DNA of 62,870 bases, filler included, from Sphacelaria rigidula (taxonomy: Eukaryota): NCBI GenBank assembly GCA_964200075.2. It is 10 parts of 10 records of this genome, joined end to end, with 100 filler letters (N's around TTAATTAATTAA, not from the genome) between each part and the next. Parts side by side here need not be neighbours in the genome. Positions count along the whole stretch, not along the records: positions 25,189 to 31,385 come from CAXNAA020021582.1; positions 31,486 to 37,682 come from CAXNAA020021583.1; positions 37,783 to 43,979 come from CAXNAA020021584.1; 7 more parts are not named here. The stretch is one strand, 5' to 3'. The translations under genes were made by a program, and so were the position numbers. The notes beneath the pieces are model-generated. The model was not told the origin of the DNA. It made no database searches and saw nothing but the letters and a program-made list of their open reading frames with translations. This document shows, piece by piece, positions 28,991 through 40,363 of this stretch. Positions within the stretch are counted from its first letter, which is position 1, and each line of letters opens with the position of its first letter.

Positions 28991-31862
28991 ATCCGTACAG
29001 GGTGCTCCACTGTCTTTGTGAAAAAAACCTGACAGTGAAAATCCAAACCTGCACCCCTCGTAGCGTTTTGATAGGGTTTCCCCAGGGTTGGGTATACTGC
29101 CCTGTGTAGGCTTGTCGGCGAAGCCCTGCACAGTCATTTGTGTGGTAGTGTTTTGGTGAAAAAAACCCTGACGTTTTTTTTCCTGAAAATTCCAAATATT
29201 TTCGTACAAAATTTATAAATTTATATATTTTCAACAGCTTGTTCTCCTGTCCGACGTAAATTCCTCTTCACCTGATTTGAATCGAGCGAAAAAGGAATTT
29301 ATTTTGGACAGCAGGACAAGCTATTCAAAACAGATCCTTTTTTCGCCCAATTTATTCCGGCAAAAAAAAGGATTTATTTCGAACAGCAGAAGAAGCTGGC
29401 TGTTCAAGATCGATCATTTTTATGCCCATTTTTTAAATGAGCGAAAAAATGATCTATTTCGAACAGCTTCTTCTGCTGCGCAAATGCCATGCACACTGGC
29501 AGATTCGGAATTTGAACAGCAGAAGAAGCTCGGAATCTTTACTTTGCCCTTCAATTTATCCGGAGATTGGGGGGAAAGATATTTACTGCGAGCAGCGTCA
29601 GCTGGGCATATCCCGCATACTGCACCATTACCAGCGCATGGGATCCGACACGCAGAAAAAGTTACTGAACAGTATTCATCCTTTTGCCCCCCATTCCATG
29701 TGTACATGGGCTAGAGGATGAATAGCTCTCAATAGCTTTCGCTGAATAGAGATCCCACATGTTGGATACGTGTGTATGTCCACACCTGTGCTTCATCTGA
29801 AACCCCTGGGAGGCGTGGCAAGATGCTGGACGATCGGGTATACCTCGCCCATCTATCCACATACTTCACAAAACCCCGAATTCCATAGTCTACCAACACG
29901 AACCATGTTTAGATAATATCACTTAATCAATGGTATATTAATAGTATATATCACCGCACACAAATCAAACACCAATGAACACCCGCCCGCATAATAGTAT
30001 TATTCCGCCCAGCTATACCACCAAAACCCTGCAGCAAAGAGCACGGGTTAGGCACAGAGATATAGACACATACACACTGCCGTGCGAGTGGATATGACGT
30101 ATTTCTCGTTGATGGAAACTTGAGCACCTTCTTTCATGATCGCGGGGTGCGTATAGGCGGGTGCGAGTAAGAATCAACCGACCGCCTATATTATGCATAT
30201 ACACACTCACCATATGCATGCTGCGGACGCACCTCGATATACCTACCATATAGTGCAGCATGTACATCAGGCCGGGTACGGCATGCTGCACGTTGTTCAA
30301 GTCCTTTTCACGTCGCAGTGTAGGTAGACAACATACATATACATTGTCCTGTGCTATCTGTACTGTAGTTACCCCCTTCCCTTTCACGCCCTACTTACTG
30401 TGCTGCAGCAGCTGTGCGCAAATATGCTGTGGAACGCGTGTGAAAAACTGGAGCTCGTGACGGCATATAACACCCGCCGTATATATTAAAATAAGCTGCA
30501 GGCATCTACATTGTATACACATAGCCAGCCATCTGCTAGTACATGGCGCCGCACATATATGCACGGCGGTATAGCACACTGTCTCGCATGCAATGGTATT
30601 GTACAGTCCAGTACAGTTTATTGTTGTAAAATATATCCCGAGTGCGCAGTATCAACCGCGCGATGAGATAGTTCATTATTCCCTGTATTTTGTTTTAGTT
30701 TCGTCGACACGGGACTACGGGGTTTTCATCAGGTATATGCATTCATGACCGAGGTAAATTGCGATCCGTGATTATGACGTCAGCTGCAACAAAAGTTTGC
30801 GTGCAGTATGTGGGAGTTAAACAGCTGAAGCTGCTCGCGAGTAAGTTCTTTCTCCACCCAATTTCAGGTATTCTTGGCGGTGTACAAATTCCATCTGCTA
30901 TATACAGTCTATATGGGGTTATCTGTAAAGCTTAAGCTCTTCGAAATTAGTCATTTTTCCCCTATTCCCAGTTTTGAATTAGGATTTATTTCGAATGAAT
31001 CCTTTTTGCCCTATTCCAAGTTTGGAATTAGGATTTATTTCGACGAGCAGAGGCTGTCCAAATTCCACATTTCCATTACATTTGTGCCTCTGAAATAAAA
31101 TCGAGGGATTTCAGTGTTATTGACACGGATCTCCGAGGGTCCCACAATTCAGAAGTAGGACAAATAATACCTCCCATCCACAACGACCACCACGCGTAGC
31201 TCTGCGTGTAACCGTTTGGCTATACAACGATGAAGTCAAGGGTTCGATTCCCCGTCCAGCCTAATCAGTTTTTGTTCCTGCCAGTACCTTGCGCCCGCAG
31301 CTGCATGTGGAGGGTAGTGTTTGTGCGTAAAAACACTGCACAGCATTGCCAGCAGCGATGAACTCTTCACGGGGCGACGGAACCCNNNNNNNNNNNNNNN
31401 NNNNNNNNNNNNNNNNNNNNNNNNNNNNNTTAATTAATTAANNNNNNNNNNNNNNNNNNNNNNNNNNNNNNNNNNNNNNNNNNNNCCGAAATTGCAATTT
31501 CAGATTTTTCGCAGCGTCCATGGGGCCAAAAGAGAAAGAGGGGGGGGGGGGGGGGCTCATTATCTTGCATGCCGTAGTCATATGACCATAACTCGCATCC
31601 TTATAAAGGCGAGAAGAGGCACGCCGGGCCTTCGCCGGACAAGGCTCGCAATCAACTGCCAAGCGCAAAGCGCCGTGATGTGGTTGGCGAGTCGCATGAG
31701 GAGAAAGCTGCATCCTGCTACAATGAGATTGTTCGGCCCAAAGCGTACTGGTTATCTTGCATTTGGACAATAGTCTCGAATAAGTTGCTTCACTTTTTGG
31801 AATTGCCACTTCCAGAGAGAGCCACGGGTAACACACTACCTCATGGGTGTATCATCATTGAA

Positions 31863-32317
31863 GGGGGGGGGGGGGCGTACTCATTTGTTGCTTGTCTTGG
31901 TCGTTTGACCATTGACCACGCATCCCTTTCGGGACGGAGCACCGTTCCTACTCCTAGTACACACCTCCAACATTTCGGTACTCATCACGTTTCTTCCTTA
32001 CATTGCAGAAAAACCTTTTACACGTCTTGTCCCCATTATGTTTCGCCGCCTGTGGCCACCATCTATTTCCTCGTATGGTCATCGTTTTCTCCCTTCTGTA
32101 CTGTCTAATGCATCAAATGATTCCATGTCACCTTCGTTCACGTCCCGCATTTCCCCCTCTAGCACGTCGCGTTCCTCCTTGTACAGTTCACATCCTGCAA
32201 CTATATGACTTCTGCTCTCTATTGATTTGCCACAGGGGCAATACTGTGCATCGACTTCCTCCTCCTCTCGACTATTTGTGTGTATCTTTCTTCTATCTGG
32301 CGGGTCCAGGTCCCCCC
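31863..32317 (-). mobile_element. 5'-truncated LINE ORF2 C-terminus (zinc-finger-like) ending in poly(C)
   Basis: GDLDPPDRRK...CPCGKSIESRSHIVAGCELYKEER...RWWPQAAK...RSRNGAPSRKGCVVNGQTTKTSNK* followed by GTACG-C13. A second short copy (32318-32408) is fused to it in tandem through its own C-run. Confidence 0.85.
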
Positions 32318-33154
32318 GGGGGGGGGGGCGCACTCATTTGTTGCTTGCCTTGGTCGTTTGACCATTGACCACGCATCCCTTTCTAGACGGAGCACCGTTC
32401 CTACTCCTCATAGAGAGGGTGGGGGGAGGTGGGGGGAGACAGTGGGAAAGGAGACGGACGCTGCAGCTGCAGTATTTACACACTCACTACAGAGTGATGT
32501 GTCAATAACTGTTCTCAGTGTTATTTCTGCTTTTGTCATGGAAACCCTCGTCTTTGTTCTCCTCCACAACCATCTTGCCACGTGACTACAATAACGTCAC
32601 TGTCTCGTTACGTGACCGCAAGATAGAAGCACCTTCCTACGCCGTACAACATTTTATACTCGACATGAAAACCTGATAGAAATACTGAAGTACAGTGCAC
32701 AACGTTTTGGCATCCCTCGACACAAACACGTGAGCTTCTTGCACAGGCCATACTGTACTCTGCCGTTACTTGTTTCCACCCATCCTTCCCCCCCAACGAG
32801 CCTGTGATTCGAAACGTGGTTCGTTCAACTACTCTCATACCTATCACGTAGCCCATGTCCTGTAGAGAGAGGCAAGCAGATGAATATACGGATACACAGA
32901 CATATGAGGGTATTCATAGCAGCTAGTATAACATCGTTCAAGAGGTGGGCAGATGCTACATAGTGTATATTTTGATACATGTGTGTATATATATGTGCAG
33001 TAAAAGAGAAGAATAAATATTGGCAAGAGGAATCGAGAGATGGATCCACAGCTGAAACATGGACGGAGACAAACTGTACACTTTTCGAGCTCCACCAACG
33101 AAAACACGCGAACATCTTGCGGTACACCCCGCGCCGCGCCGGGCTGCACCGTAC

Positions 33155-33284
33155 CGTAAGCGCGCTGGAGGTGAAGGACCCCGAAGTCTTGCCGCTGGTC
33201 ATCACTCGCCCATCTACCAGGTCGTCCGTGCACACCTTGCCGCGCTTCCAGATTCGCTCCCCCGCCGCGATACCCGCCTCCTCC
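33155..33284 (-). CDS. PPIL2: PPIL2/CYP60-like U-box cyclophilin, exon
   Basis: cag|G-EEAGIAAGERIWKRGKVCTDDLVDGRVMTSGKTSGSFTSSALT|gtacgg. The SGKTSGSFTS motif precedes the cyclophilin domain in PPIL2; phase fits the previous exon. Confidence 0.75.
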
Positions 33285-33292
33285 CTGTTGTG

Positions 33293-33372
33293 TGTGTCAT
33301 ACTCCAGTGTGTCATACTCCAGTGTGTCATACTCCAGTGTGTCATACTCCAGTGTGTCATACTCCAGTGTGT
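33293..33372. repeat. Perfect 15-bp minisatellite x5.3
   Basis: (TGTGTCATACTCCAG)5 plus TGTGT, immediately upstream of a splice acceptor on the minus strand. Confidence 0.97.
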
Positions 33373-33653
33373 GCGCGCGCGCGTGTGTATATTGATTTTT
33401 GATTGATTGTCGCACTTCGACTGATCGCCTCAGCGATCCAGCCGTGGTGTTATGAGTTTTTCGTACAAATGTCTGATCAATGAATCATAATGTGTTTCAG
33501 CAGTGTATGTACCTTTGAGACGTTCGGCATCTCGTATAAACACCCCGATCAGAGAAACGTAGTGTGAACCGCAGCGTCTCTTCTCCATCACGCGTTCGAT
33601 TTTACCCTTCCATTCGTGCATGTGGATTAGGGTTTCGTAAAAGAGACGCAATT

Positions 33654-33910
33654 CTTGACAAGTAAAGTACTGTATCCTTGGGGTAGCCGTACCTCTGATG
33701 CGCTATAGCTAGGTGGTCTATCCACTGTTTTGAAAGAGGTCGATATGGGTTCGAATCCCGTGTCGCCTACTTGAAAAAAACAAACTACAGCTACCTGATA
33801 CTCTGTGAGGGAAAAGCTTTTTAAACTACTTCGAATCCGTCCCCAGTCGGATCAGCCAGAGCGCATCAGAGGTGCGGCTACCCCAAGGATACAGTACTTT
33901 ACTTGTCAAG
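33654..33910. mobile_element. MITE with 51-bp TIRs and internal tRNA-like segment
   Basis: 33654-33704 versus 33860-33910 inverted with 1 mismatch; internal TAGCTAGGTGG and GGTTCGAATCC boxes. Confidence 0.88.
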
Positions 33911-35487
33911 TATTGTATCTCTTACGAAACCCTAATCCGCTACAGATAACACCTCGGAACAGCTTTTTTCTCCCCCATTTCCCTCCCCCGACGAATAACA
34001 CCGTACACCGCCAGCACGTACGCCTGGAACAACACACAGGCTCACCATCGATAGGTAGTTGATACTATACGTAGCAGTATACGCCGTTTGTTTCCTGATC
34101 AACTCACAGCTCTTTGGCGGTCTTGCGTGCTTGCTCGTCCTTGACTGCTTGTTCCTCCCTGTCTCGCTTGCGCTTATCTCCGATCGCCCTATGCCGGGGG
34201 AAAAAAAAGAGGAAAAACCGGCGCGCCGGCGCGCGGTGGTCGATCGATGATCACCGTTCTGTCGAGATGTGAATATCTGGACTGAGAATCTCGATATAAA
34301 CTGTGTGCGGGATCCAACGGTCATCGCGCTCATCTTCCTGCGCACACGGCGACTGCCCTAGGAGAGACATACGGCAACTCGACAGTTGATGCGAGACATG
34401 CGCCACAGACAGTACAGGAGATAGGTAACAACAACCAAAACAGCAGCGGCAACGAGAACAGGTACTAGTATCACAACTAGTGGTGGTGGTAGTAGTAGTA
34501 GTAGTAGGTGGTATCAGCAGAAATACTGACTTTTGGGAAGAGTGTATCGACTATAACTTTTGCACTTCGTACTCTTTCCTGGGAAGCTGTGACTGCCTCG
34601 TTTGGAATCGTTTCGGAAAAATCCAAGAGAGCCGATAATATCGGGGTCAGCTTCTCCCATACGAGAAGCGTGCTAAACATTATTCTCTTGCAAAGTTTCG
34701 CGGCCTGAAAAAAAAAAACGAACAAAAGAGAAACGGTTTCGCGATCAAACAAACGCTTTGCAAGTGCAGATCTGCAACCCAGACGTGCACGCGCGCACCT
34801 CACGGCTAATTCGAGGGTATACCCTACCTATGAAAATCTGGAGGATCACTCTCTTCCCAACGCAAAACGAACTGTAGGATCACGGAGTTGTGCGTGACTT
34901 CGTAGATATGATAATGAGTGTTTTCGTTCCGAAAGAGAAATCTCCGCAGCACCCGTCATCACACCACCACGGGCTATATATACACATGAAAAATATCTGT
35001 GGTTCTGGTGGGTTCACTCGAACGCAGCAATCTTTAGCTTTTACAAGGGGTATCTCCACTCTGCTACAATATTATGTCCAGGGAGAAAAAAATTCATTCT
35101 ACTGGTCATTTCCAATCTCGTGGCTGCTGCAATCGTCGCAATGATTGTAGTGTTCACAGTGTAACTAGTTAAAGTAGCAGCAGCAGCAGCAGCACCAGTA
35201 GTGGTAGGGACCCTCCCGAGTAGCACTATAGACGCAACCACACGCATGCATTGGTGAGCCAGTTTGAAAGGTCGGCCAGAAACACGCCAAAGCGCATGAT
35301 TCTGATTCCATAGCACTTCTGCACGGGATATACGCCAGCTGCTGCTGCTGCTGCTGTTGCTGCTGCTGTTGCTGCTGAGCGTGCCGAGCGTTCTCTCGAA
35401 GTTGCACGTGAACAACAAATGATGGGAAAAAAAAACCCCGACGAAGATGAGTACACACTTGAAGTGTTCTGTTTTGTGTTGCTTTAC

Positions 35488-35576
35488 CGGAAGATGTTCT
35501 CTGTAGTTTTGTTCTGTCGGATATTGTCAGCGTGCGCAACCTTCGCCAGCTCCGCCACTCGACCGTCCCGAACTTC
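35488..35576 (-). CDS. PPIL2: PPIL2/CYP60-like, exon
   Basis: cag|EVRDGRVAELAKVAHADNIRQNKTTENIF-CG|gtaaag; phase 0 in, phase 2 out, consistent with neighbouring exons. Confidence 0.7.
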
Positions 35577-36151
35577 CTGGCGATCAAAACCGAAAAAACA
35601 AACGACAAGCAAATTCAACAACATTTGTATTTGCATGTCACAGCCACGAAGTAAAAAAAACACACACACACAGACAGATACACACCAGCGCGGAGCCAAA
35701 CGCACTCGCTACATGAGATAGAGCAGAGGAAACCAGACTGCGGCACACGAAAAATACGCAGAGGAAAAAAAGGCACGAGCGTGAAAAACGTCGCACGTAC
35801 CTGCTAATTGTAGAAATTCCATAACGCGCAGTACAACTTACTGAAAAAAAATACTGTAGTACCCTATGCAGTGCGAAAAATTAACACCCCAGGCAATAGA
35901 CAACAAGAGAAAAAAAGTGTGCTGTGTGAATTAGGCAATCTACCGTCCGATACTTTACGCCTTTCCTATTGTTGTCTAGTGTCCAGGGCGTAGAAAAAAT
36001 GAAAACTATCATGCCTCGAAGCACGGCTCCCTTGCGCAGACTCTTATCCAACACCCCCCGATCATGCCACAAGACAAGGCTGGAGTGTCTACTTTCCGCC
36101 AAAATGAAGTACACCGAAACATTAAGGTTGTACTGCCGTTACTCTTCTCGC

Positions 36152-36229
36152 CTGGAAATGGACGAAGTTGTTGATGTCGCGAGAGGCGACGAACTCTGCG
36201 TCACCGGGGTCGTTGAGCTTGATCACATC
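36152..36229 (-). CDS. PPIL2: PPIL2/CYP60-like, exon
   Basis: cag|DVIKLNDPGDAEFVASRDINNFVHFQ (DII.LQDP...F.H motif). Donor is either GC after 36152 or GT after 36143. Confidence 0.85.
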
Positions 36230-36641
36230 CTGCCAAGCCACCGCGCATCGAAAAAAAAACAGAAGCACCTTAAGGATGTTCATGCTGATCAATATATATT
36301 AGCAGCAGAAGAAGAATAATATTTTGCCGTAAACGAAGAAAATCACCACCGAATAAAGCAACCCCAGCAGCAGTACAGCAGCGGAAGCAACAACAACAGC
36401 TGCAGAAGCGACGGCCCCAACAGCACAGATGAACAACAGAGGCGCCTTCTTAGACCTGAAATGACGGCAGACAAAAACACACGATCACCAGCGACAGAAC
36501 GGAACCCCCCCCAGCAATCACACACACAACACCACACAACACACCACTACCACACCGCCAAACACGGCGGACGAACTAACCATCCACCGCCATCATAAAA
36601 CAAAAGTGAAGCAGCGTCGTACCGTATCACCTCGTGCTCAC

Positions 36642-36776
36642 CCGCTTGGTGAAGGACTCTCCAGTGAGGAGGTCATTCCAGCTCTTAGCTTTGAAGTTCA
36701 ACTCCTCCACCGCCTCGGCCGCGAACACATTTCCCGAAGTCTTGATCGCCAATATTCGGCTGTTGTCATTAAACAC
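36642..36776 (-). CDS. PPIL2: PPIL2/CYP60-like, exon
   Basis: ag|VFNDNSRILAIKTSGNVFAAEAVEELNFKAKSWNDLLTGESFTKR|gtgagc; conserved PPIL2 block. Confidence 0.92.
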
Positions 36777-37314
36777 CTTTCCACGAACCGGGTAGCGGAC
36801 GGGGGTGTTATTTCAGCACACTGCGCTCTGAGCATACAAGGGCTTCAATTTGGTTGATGAAGCACAGGTGATTCGTACACATTTTGTTAAATGTTACCCC
36901 CGTTTGCACGCTGCCAGCTGTGGGGTTACCGACCACGCTTCATCGCACGTCGGATCACGGGAGAACTGCCCTCTCAAAAGTGATCGCTGACGGCCACTTG
37001 CTGCTTTCTCATTCCAGCGGCGGCGGCAGCGGCGGCGGCGGCGGTTGACTGTCCGAATGTTAAGCATAGCAAGAGCGTACGAGGTGGATCACGACCGCTA
37101 GATCAAAATGGCGCTGCCACGAGAGCCCGCCCGATACGATGCGAGACGGACGTGGCCTTTTTTTTGCGTCATAAAACATGCAGGTCACGCACACCCGAGG
37201 AGGAGGCAGAGAGTACGGCGTATTACACGCTATCAGCTGCATGAATCCCGTCACATCAACGGGCTATTCTAAAACCCAAGACAGGCCAAAGATCGCAAAA
37301 ACTATTTCCTTCAC

Positions 37315-37488
37315 CTTGAAGGTGACGGGGCAGTGCCATTTCCCGTCAGCATTTTTGGAGATGTTGAGTCGGACGAGATCCTTGGCCGTGAGCGCATCTC
37401 CGTTTACGGGGTTCTTCTTGTATTTCCTGACGTACGGCATGATGTTGAGGATGTCGAACATCACACCTTCCTTCGTGCACACCGGAGT
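37315..37488 (-). CDS. PPIL2: PPIL2/CYP60-like, U-box exon
   Basis: tag|TPVCTKEGVMFDILNIMPYVRKYKKNPVNGDALTAKDLVRLNISKNADGKWHCPVTFK|gtgaag. Confidence 0.93.
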
Positions 37489-37849
37489 CTAAGCATCCAA
37501 ATGACACACAAGAAGAAACATAAAAAAGCATAATTCGTTTGTCGTCGGGAAACACAGCAACATGGAGCGGAACAAGCGCCACAGAACATGGGGGGGGGGG
37601 GGGGGAAAAAAAAAGGAAACAACCAGTAAAACACAACAGAAAGTACAATTGCACACAAAACAAAAAGACCCAAGAACAGCAGNNNNNNNNNNNNNNNNNN
37701 NNNNNNNNNNNNNNNNNNNNNNNNNNTTAATTAATTAANNNNNNNNNNNNNNNNNNNNNNNNNNNNNNNNNNNNNNNNNNNNTGGAAGGATGTCTGACAC
37801 ACTTATGAGCCTGTTTTCTCGTGCAACCAAATACCCCCCCCGCCCCATC

Positions 37850-40363
37850 ATAGGATGACTCTGGTTTGCTATCCGCATCAGGCTCCCCACGATCTCACGG
37901 AAAGGCACATCCACCACGGTCTCCCCTTCGCTCGCATGCCTGAGGTCTAAAAAAGGGTTAGCGGGAATGCACACGCGGCCATTTGGCTACACCCCAAAAT
38001 TCCTCCGGAGGGATGCGCGGCCCTCCACGGGGAAAACCAGCCTCCGGAGGCCTTCCATCCCTCTAGAGGAGACCAAGCTCTACCGACCCGGAGGGCCGCG
38101 CACCCCTCCGGAAGAATTTGGGGGTATGCTCGGCCCTCCGGAGGCAAGAATAAGCCTCCGGAGGCGTTCAACCCCTCTGGAAGGAAAATACAAGTCTCCT
38201 CTGGAGAGCCGCGCACCCCTCCGGAGGCGTTTGACTCCTCTGGAGGCTCGAAAAGTGTACCCACCTGGAGGAAGTTTGAAGGTAGCCAAATGGCCGCGTG
38301 TGTGGGACTAGTCTTCGAGACATCAAAACGACTCAGCACACTCTTCATGAATTGGGTTTGTGAAATCTCCAAAGTACCTTTCTCCCGGTTCCTTTTGTAC
38401 TCACTCCCCATGTACCACTCTACCTCCACGGGATGCTCAGTGGGAAATCTCTGATTTAGTGCACCGACTATTACCTTAGTCACTTCCTCAGCTGCTGCTA
38501 CCATGATATCGTCCACACGAAAGACCATCATCGCCACAACATCTTCAGCAACCCTCTGTCGGAATACACAGGGATCTACCAAAGATTGCTCGAAACCACG
38601 CTCCACCAGGGTTGACGACAACAATTGGTACCATGCACGACCACTCTGCGTTAAACCTTATGAAGCCTTGCTAAGGCGGACTACCTTGCCAGATACGGAT
38701 CCACAACCGGGGGGCAGGCGCAAGTAGATATCCGTGTCCAACCCCAACTGAATGAAAGCCTGGTCTACACCCAAGTGCCTCAAATCCCAGTCTAGCTTAC
38801 ATGACATAGTCGCCACTTACCTCTTTGACGTAGCAGATGCCGTAGGGGCAAACGTGTCGACGTACAAGAGTCTACTATCCCTCTACCTGACTATATCCCA
38901 TAGCTACCATACGGGCTTTCGCACGGTCAACCATTCCGTGTGAATCACGTTTCCACTTATACACCCACTTCGCGCGCACAATGTTGCACCCTTCTGGAGC
39001 GTCAGCCACGTCCACGAACGTTCCGGCAGCCGTAAGCCCATCGAACTCTATCCTCATCGCCTCCATCTACACATCCGAGTATGGTGATGAAGATGCCGCA
39101 GGGTAACGGCTCCGGCCCCGCTTCCTTGATGAGGCATTTAGGGAGCTCGCCCTGCTTACGGCTAACCTCCTGTACCACCAGCAGGCCATGGATTATTTTG
39201 CCCCCTTCATCGGGCCCTAACATGGTCACGAGCCCACATGCTTCTTGATTGAGCGCTCGCGTCTGTGCTCTGGTTCGTCCACGTTCCTTGCCATCTCCAG
39301 ATCAAAACAGATTTGACTCGAGTTGCCGCGCCGAATTCGCGCTGCCGTTGGAACTTAAACAATTTTGTCCGATGAAGACGAGTCGCTCTCATCTACTGAG
39401 AGGTCGCCGTCGACAGACGGCTCACTACTCACCGATGGTAAACATAGCACCTAAATAATCAGTTGTGTTGTCGGGGGCCGACTGATTTTCATTGCCAAGA
39501 GAACCTTGCGCACCTTCACCATCATGGTCTGCGCTCTTCGCTGGAAATGTCACTCGACGCTGATGGGGAATTCCTCTCCCCAGTAGCGGTAATGGAGTCG
39601 GTGGAGCAGAGTCGAAATCATCTAGCCCTCCCGGCTCTGGAATCTTTTCCAGCTCCGATGTTCCTCCCAGCCCCGACGCTCCTGTCAGCTTCGGCGAAGC
39701 TGGCTGCTGCAGATGTACCGGCGGCACCACCACGACGGGCGGCGCCTCCCAGGTGACGTTCCTTGTCCCCACTACTTTATTGACCCGAGTCAGTGCCCGC
39801 AATGAATCACGGGGGTAGTCGATGCCGGGCCCGAGGTGGAAGCTACTCTCGCACTTGGGGAACGACTTTGACGGTCGGTTCCAGCGGCAATATCCCGGAC
39901 GAAGAAACGGGTAGGGTGATGCAAGTGCTGCCTTACCGTACCACATCTCGTACGACGACTTGTTAGCTGGGTTGGACGTTGTCGCGGTGTGATTGAGGGC
40001 GTCACACGCCCAATATATCGTCTCAGCCCAGAGGGTCTCCGATGGTGGCAGCTTGACATGTGGAAAAAGGATGGGGGCTTGGATGCGAGCAGCAAGTGCG
40101 GCGTTTTGAATGATACCTAGAGCTCTCACGGTAACGCCGTTCAGTTTCGGACATTTCGCGCTGGTGAACTCCTGCTTGATACAGTAGTGCCTACACGCTC
40201 CTTCAAAATCACCGCCAAAATCCTTCCCTCCGTCGCCAGACGTGATTATCATCACTTCCGAAGGTACAGCATCCGCACGTACATCAACCACGAACGGCGG
40301 TATCGACTTACGCTCGAGAAAATATACCCATACGTACCGGGTGAAATTGTCCTTCTCTATCAT
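37850..40363 (-). mobile_element. Degenerate Ty1/Copia pol (integrase and RT)
   Basis: DNFTRYVWVYFL, LNGVTVRALG, KWVYKWK..RAKARMVAMGYSQ, DPCVF, FRVDDIMV and PFREIVGSLM, in integrase-then-RT order. Confidence 0.93.
37970..38302. mobile_element. CAC-terminated non-autonomous DNA transposon (EnSpm/CACTA-like) with 2-bp TSD
   Basis: TIR CACACGCGGCCATTTGGCTAC; internal CCTCCGGAGG repeats. Removing the element plus one TG restores Copia KTSPIPANP. Confidence 0.88.

Noticed and set aside
33293..33372. CRISPR-like array or (YDTLE)n protein repeat
   Set aside because: No spacers and no cas genes; it is an intronic minisatellite.
33699..33768. Functional tRNA gene
   Set aside because: Acceptor and anticodon stems pair poorly and it lies inside a TIR element.
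34477..34803. Extra PPIL2 exon after a strong ttttcag acceptor
   Set aside because: The required phase hits a stop within 8 codons and there is no PPIL2 similarity.
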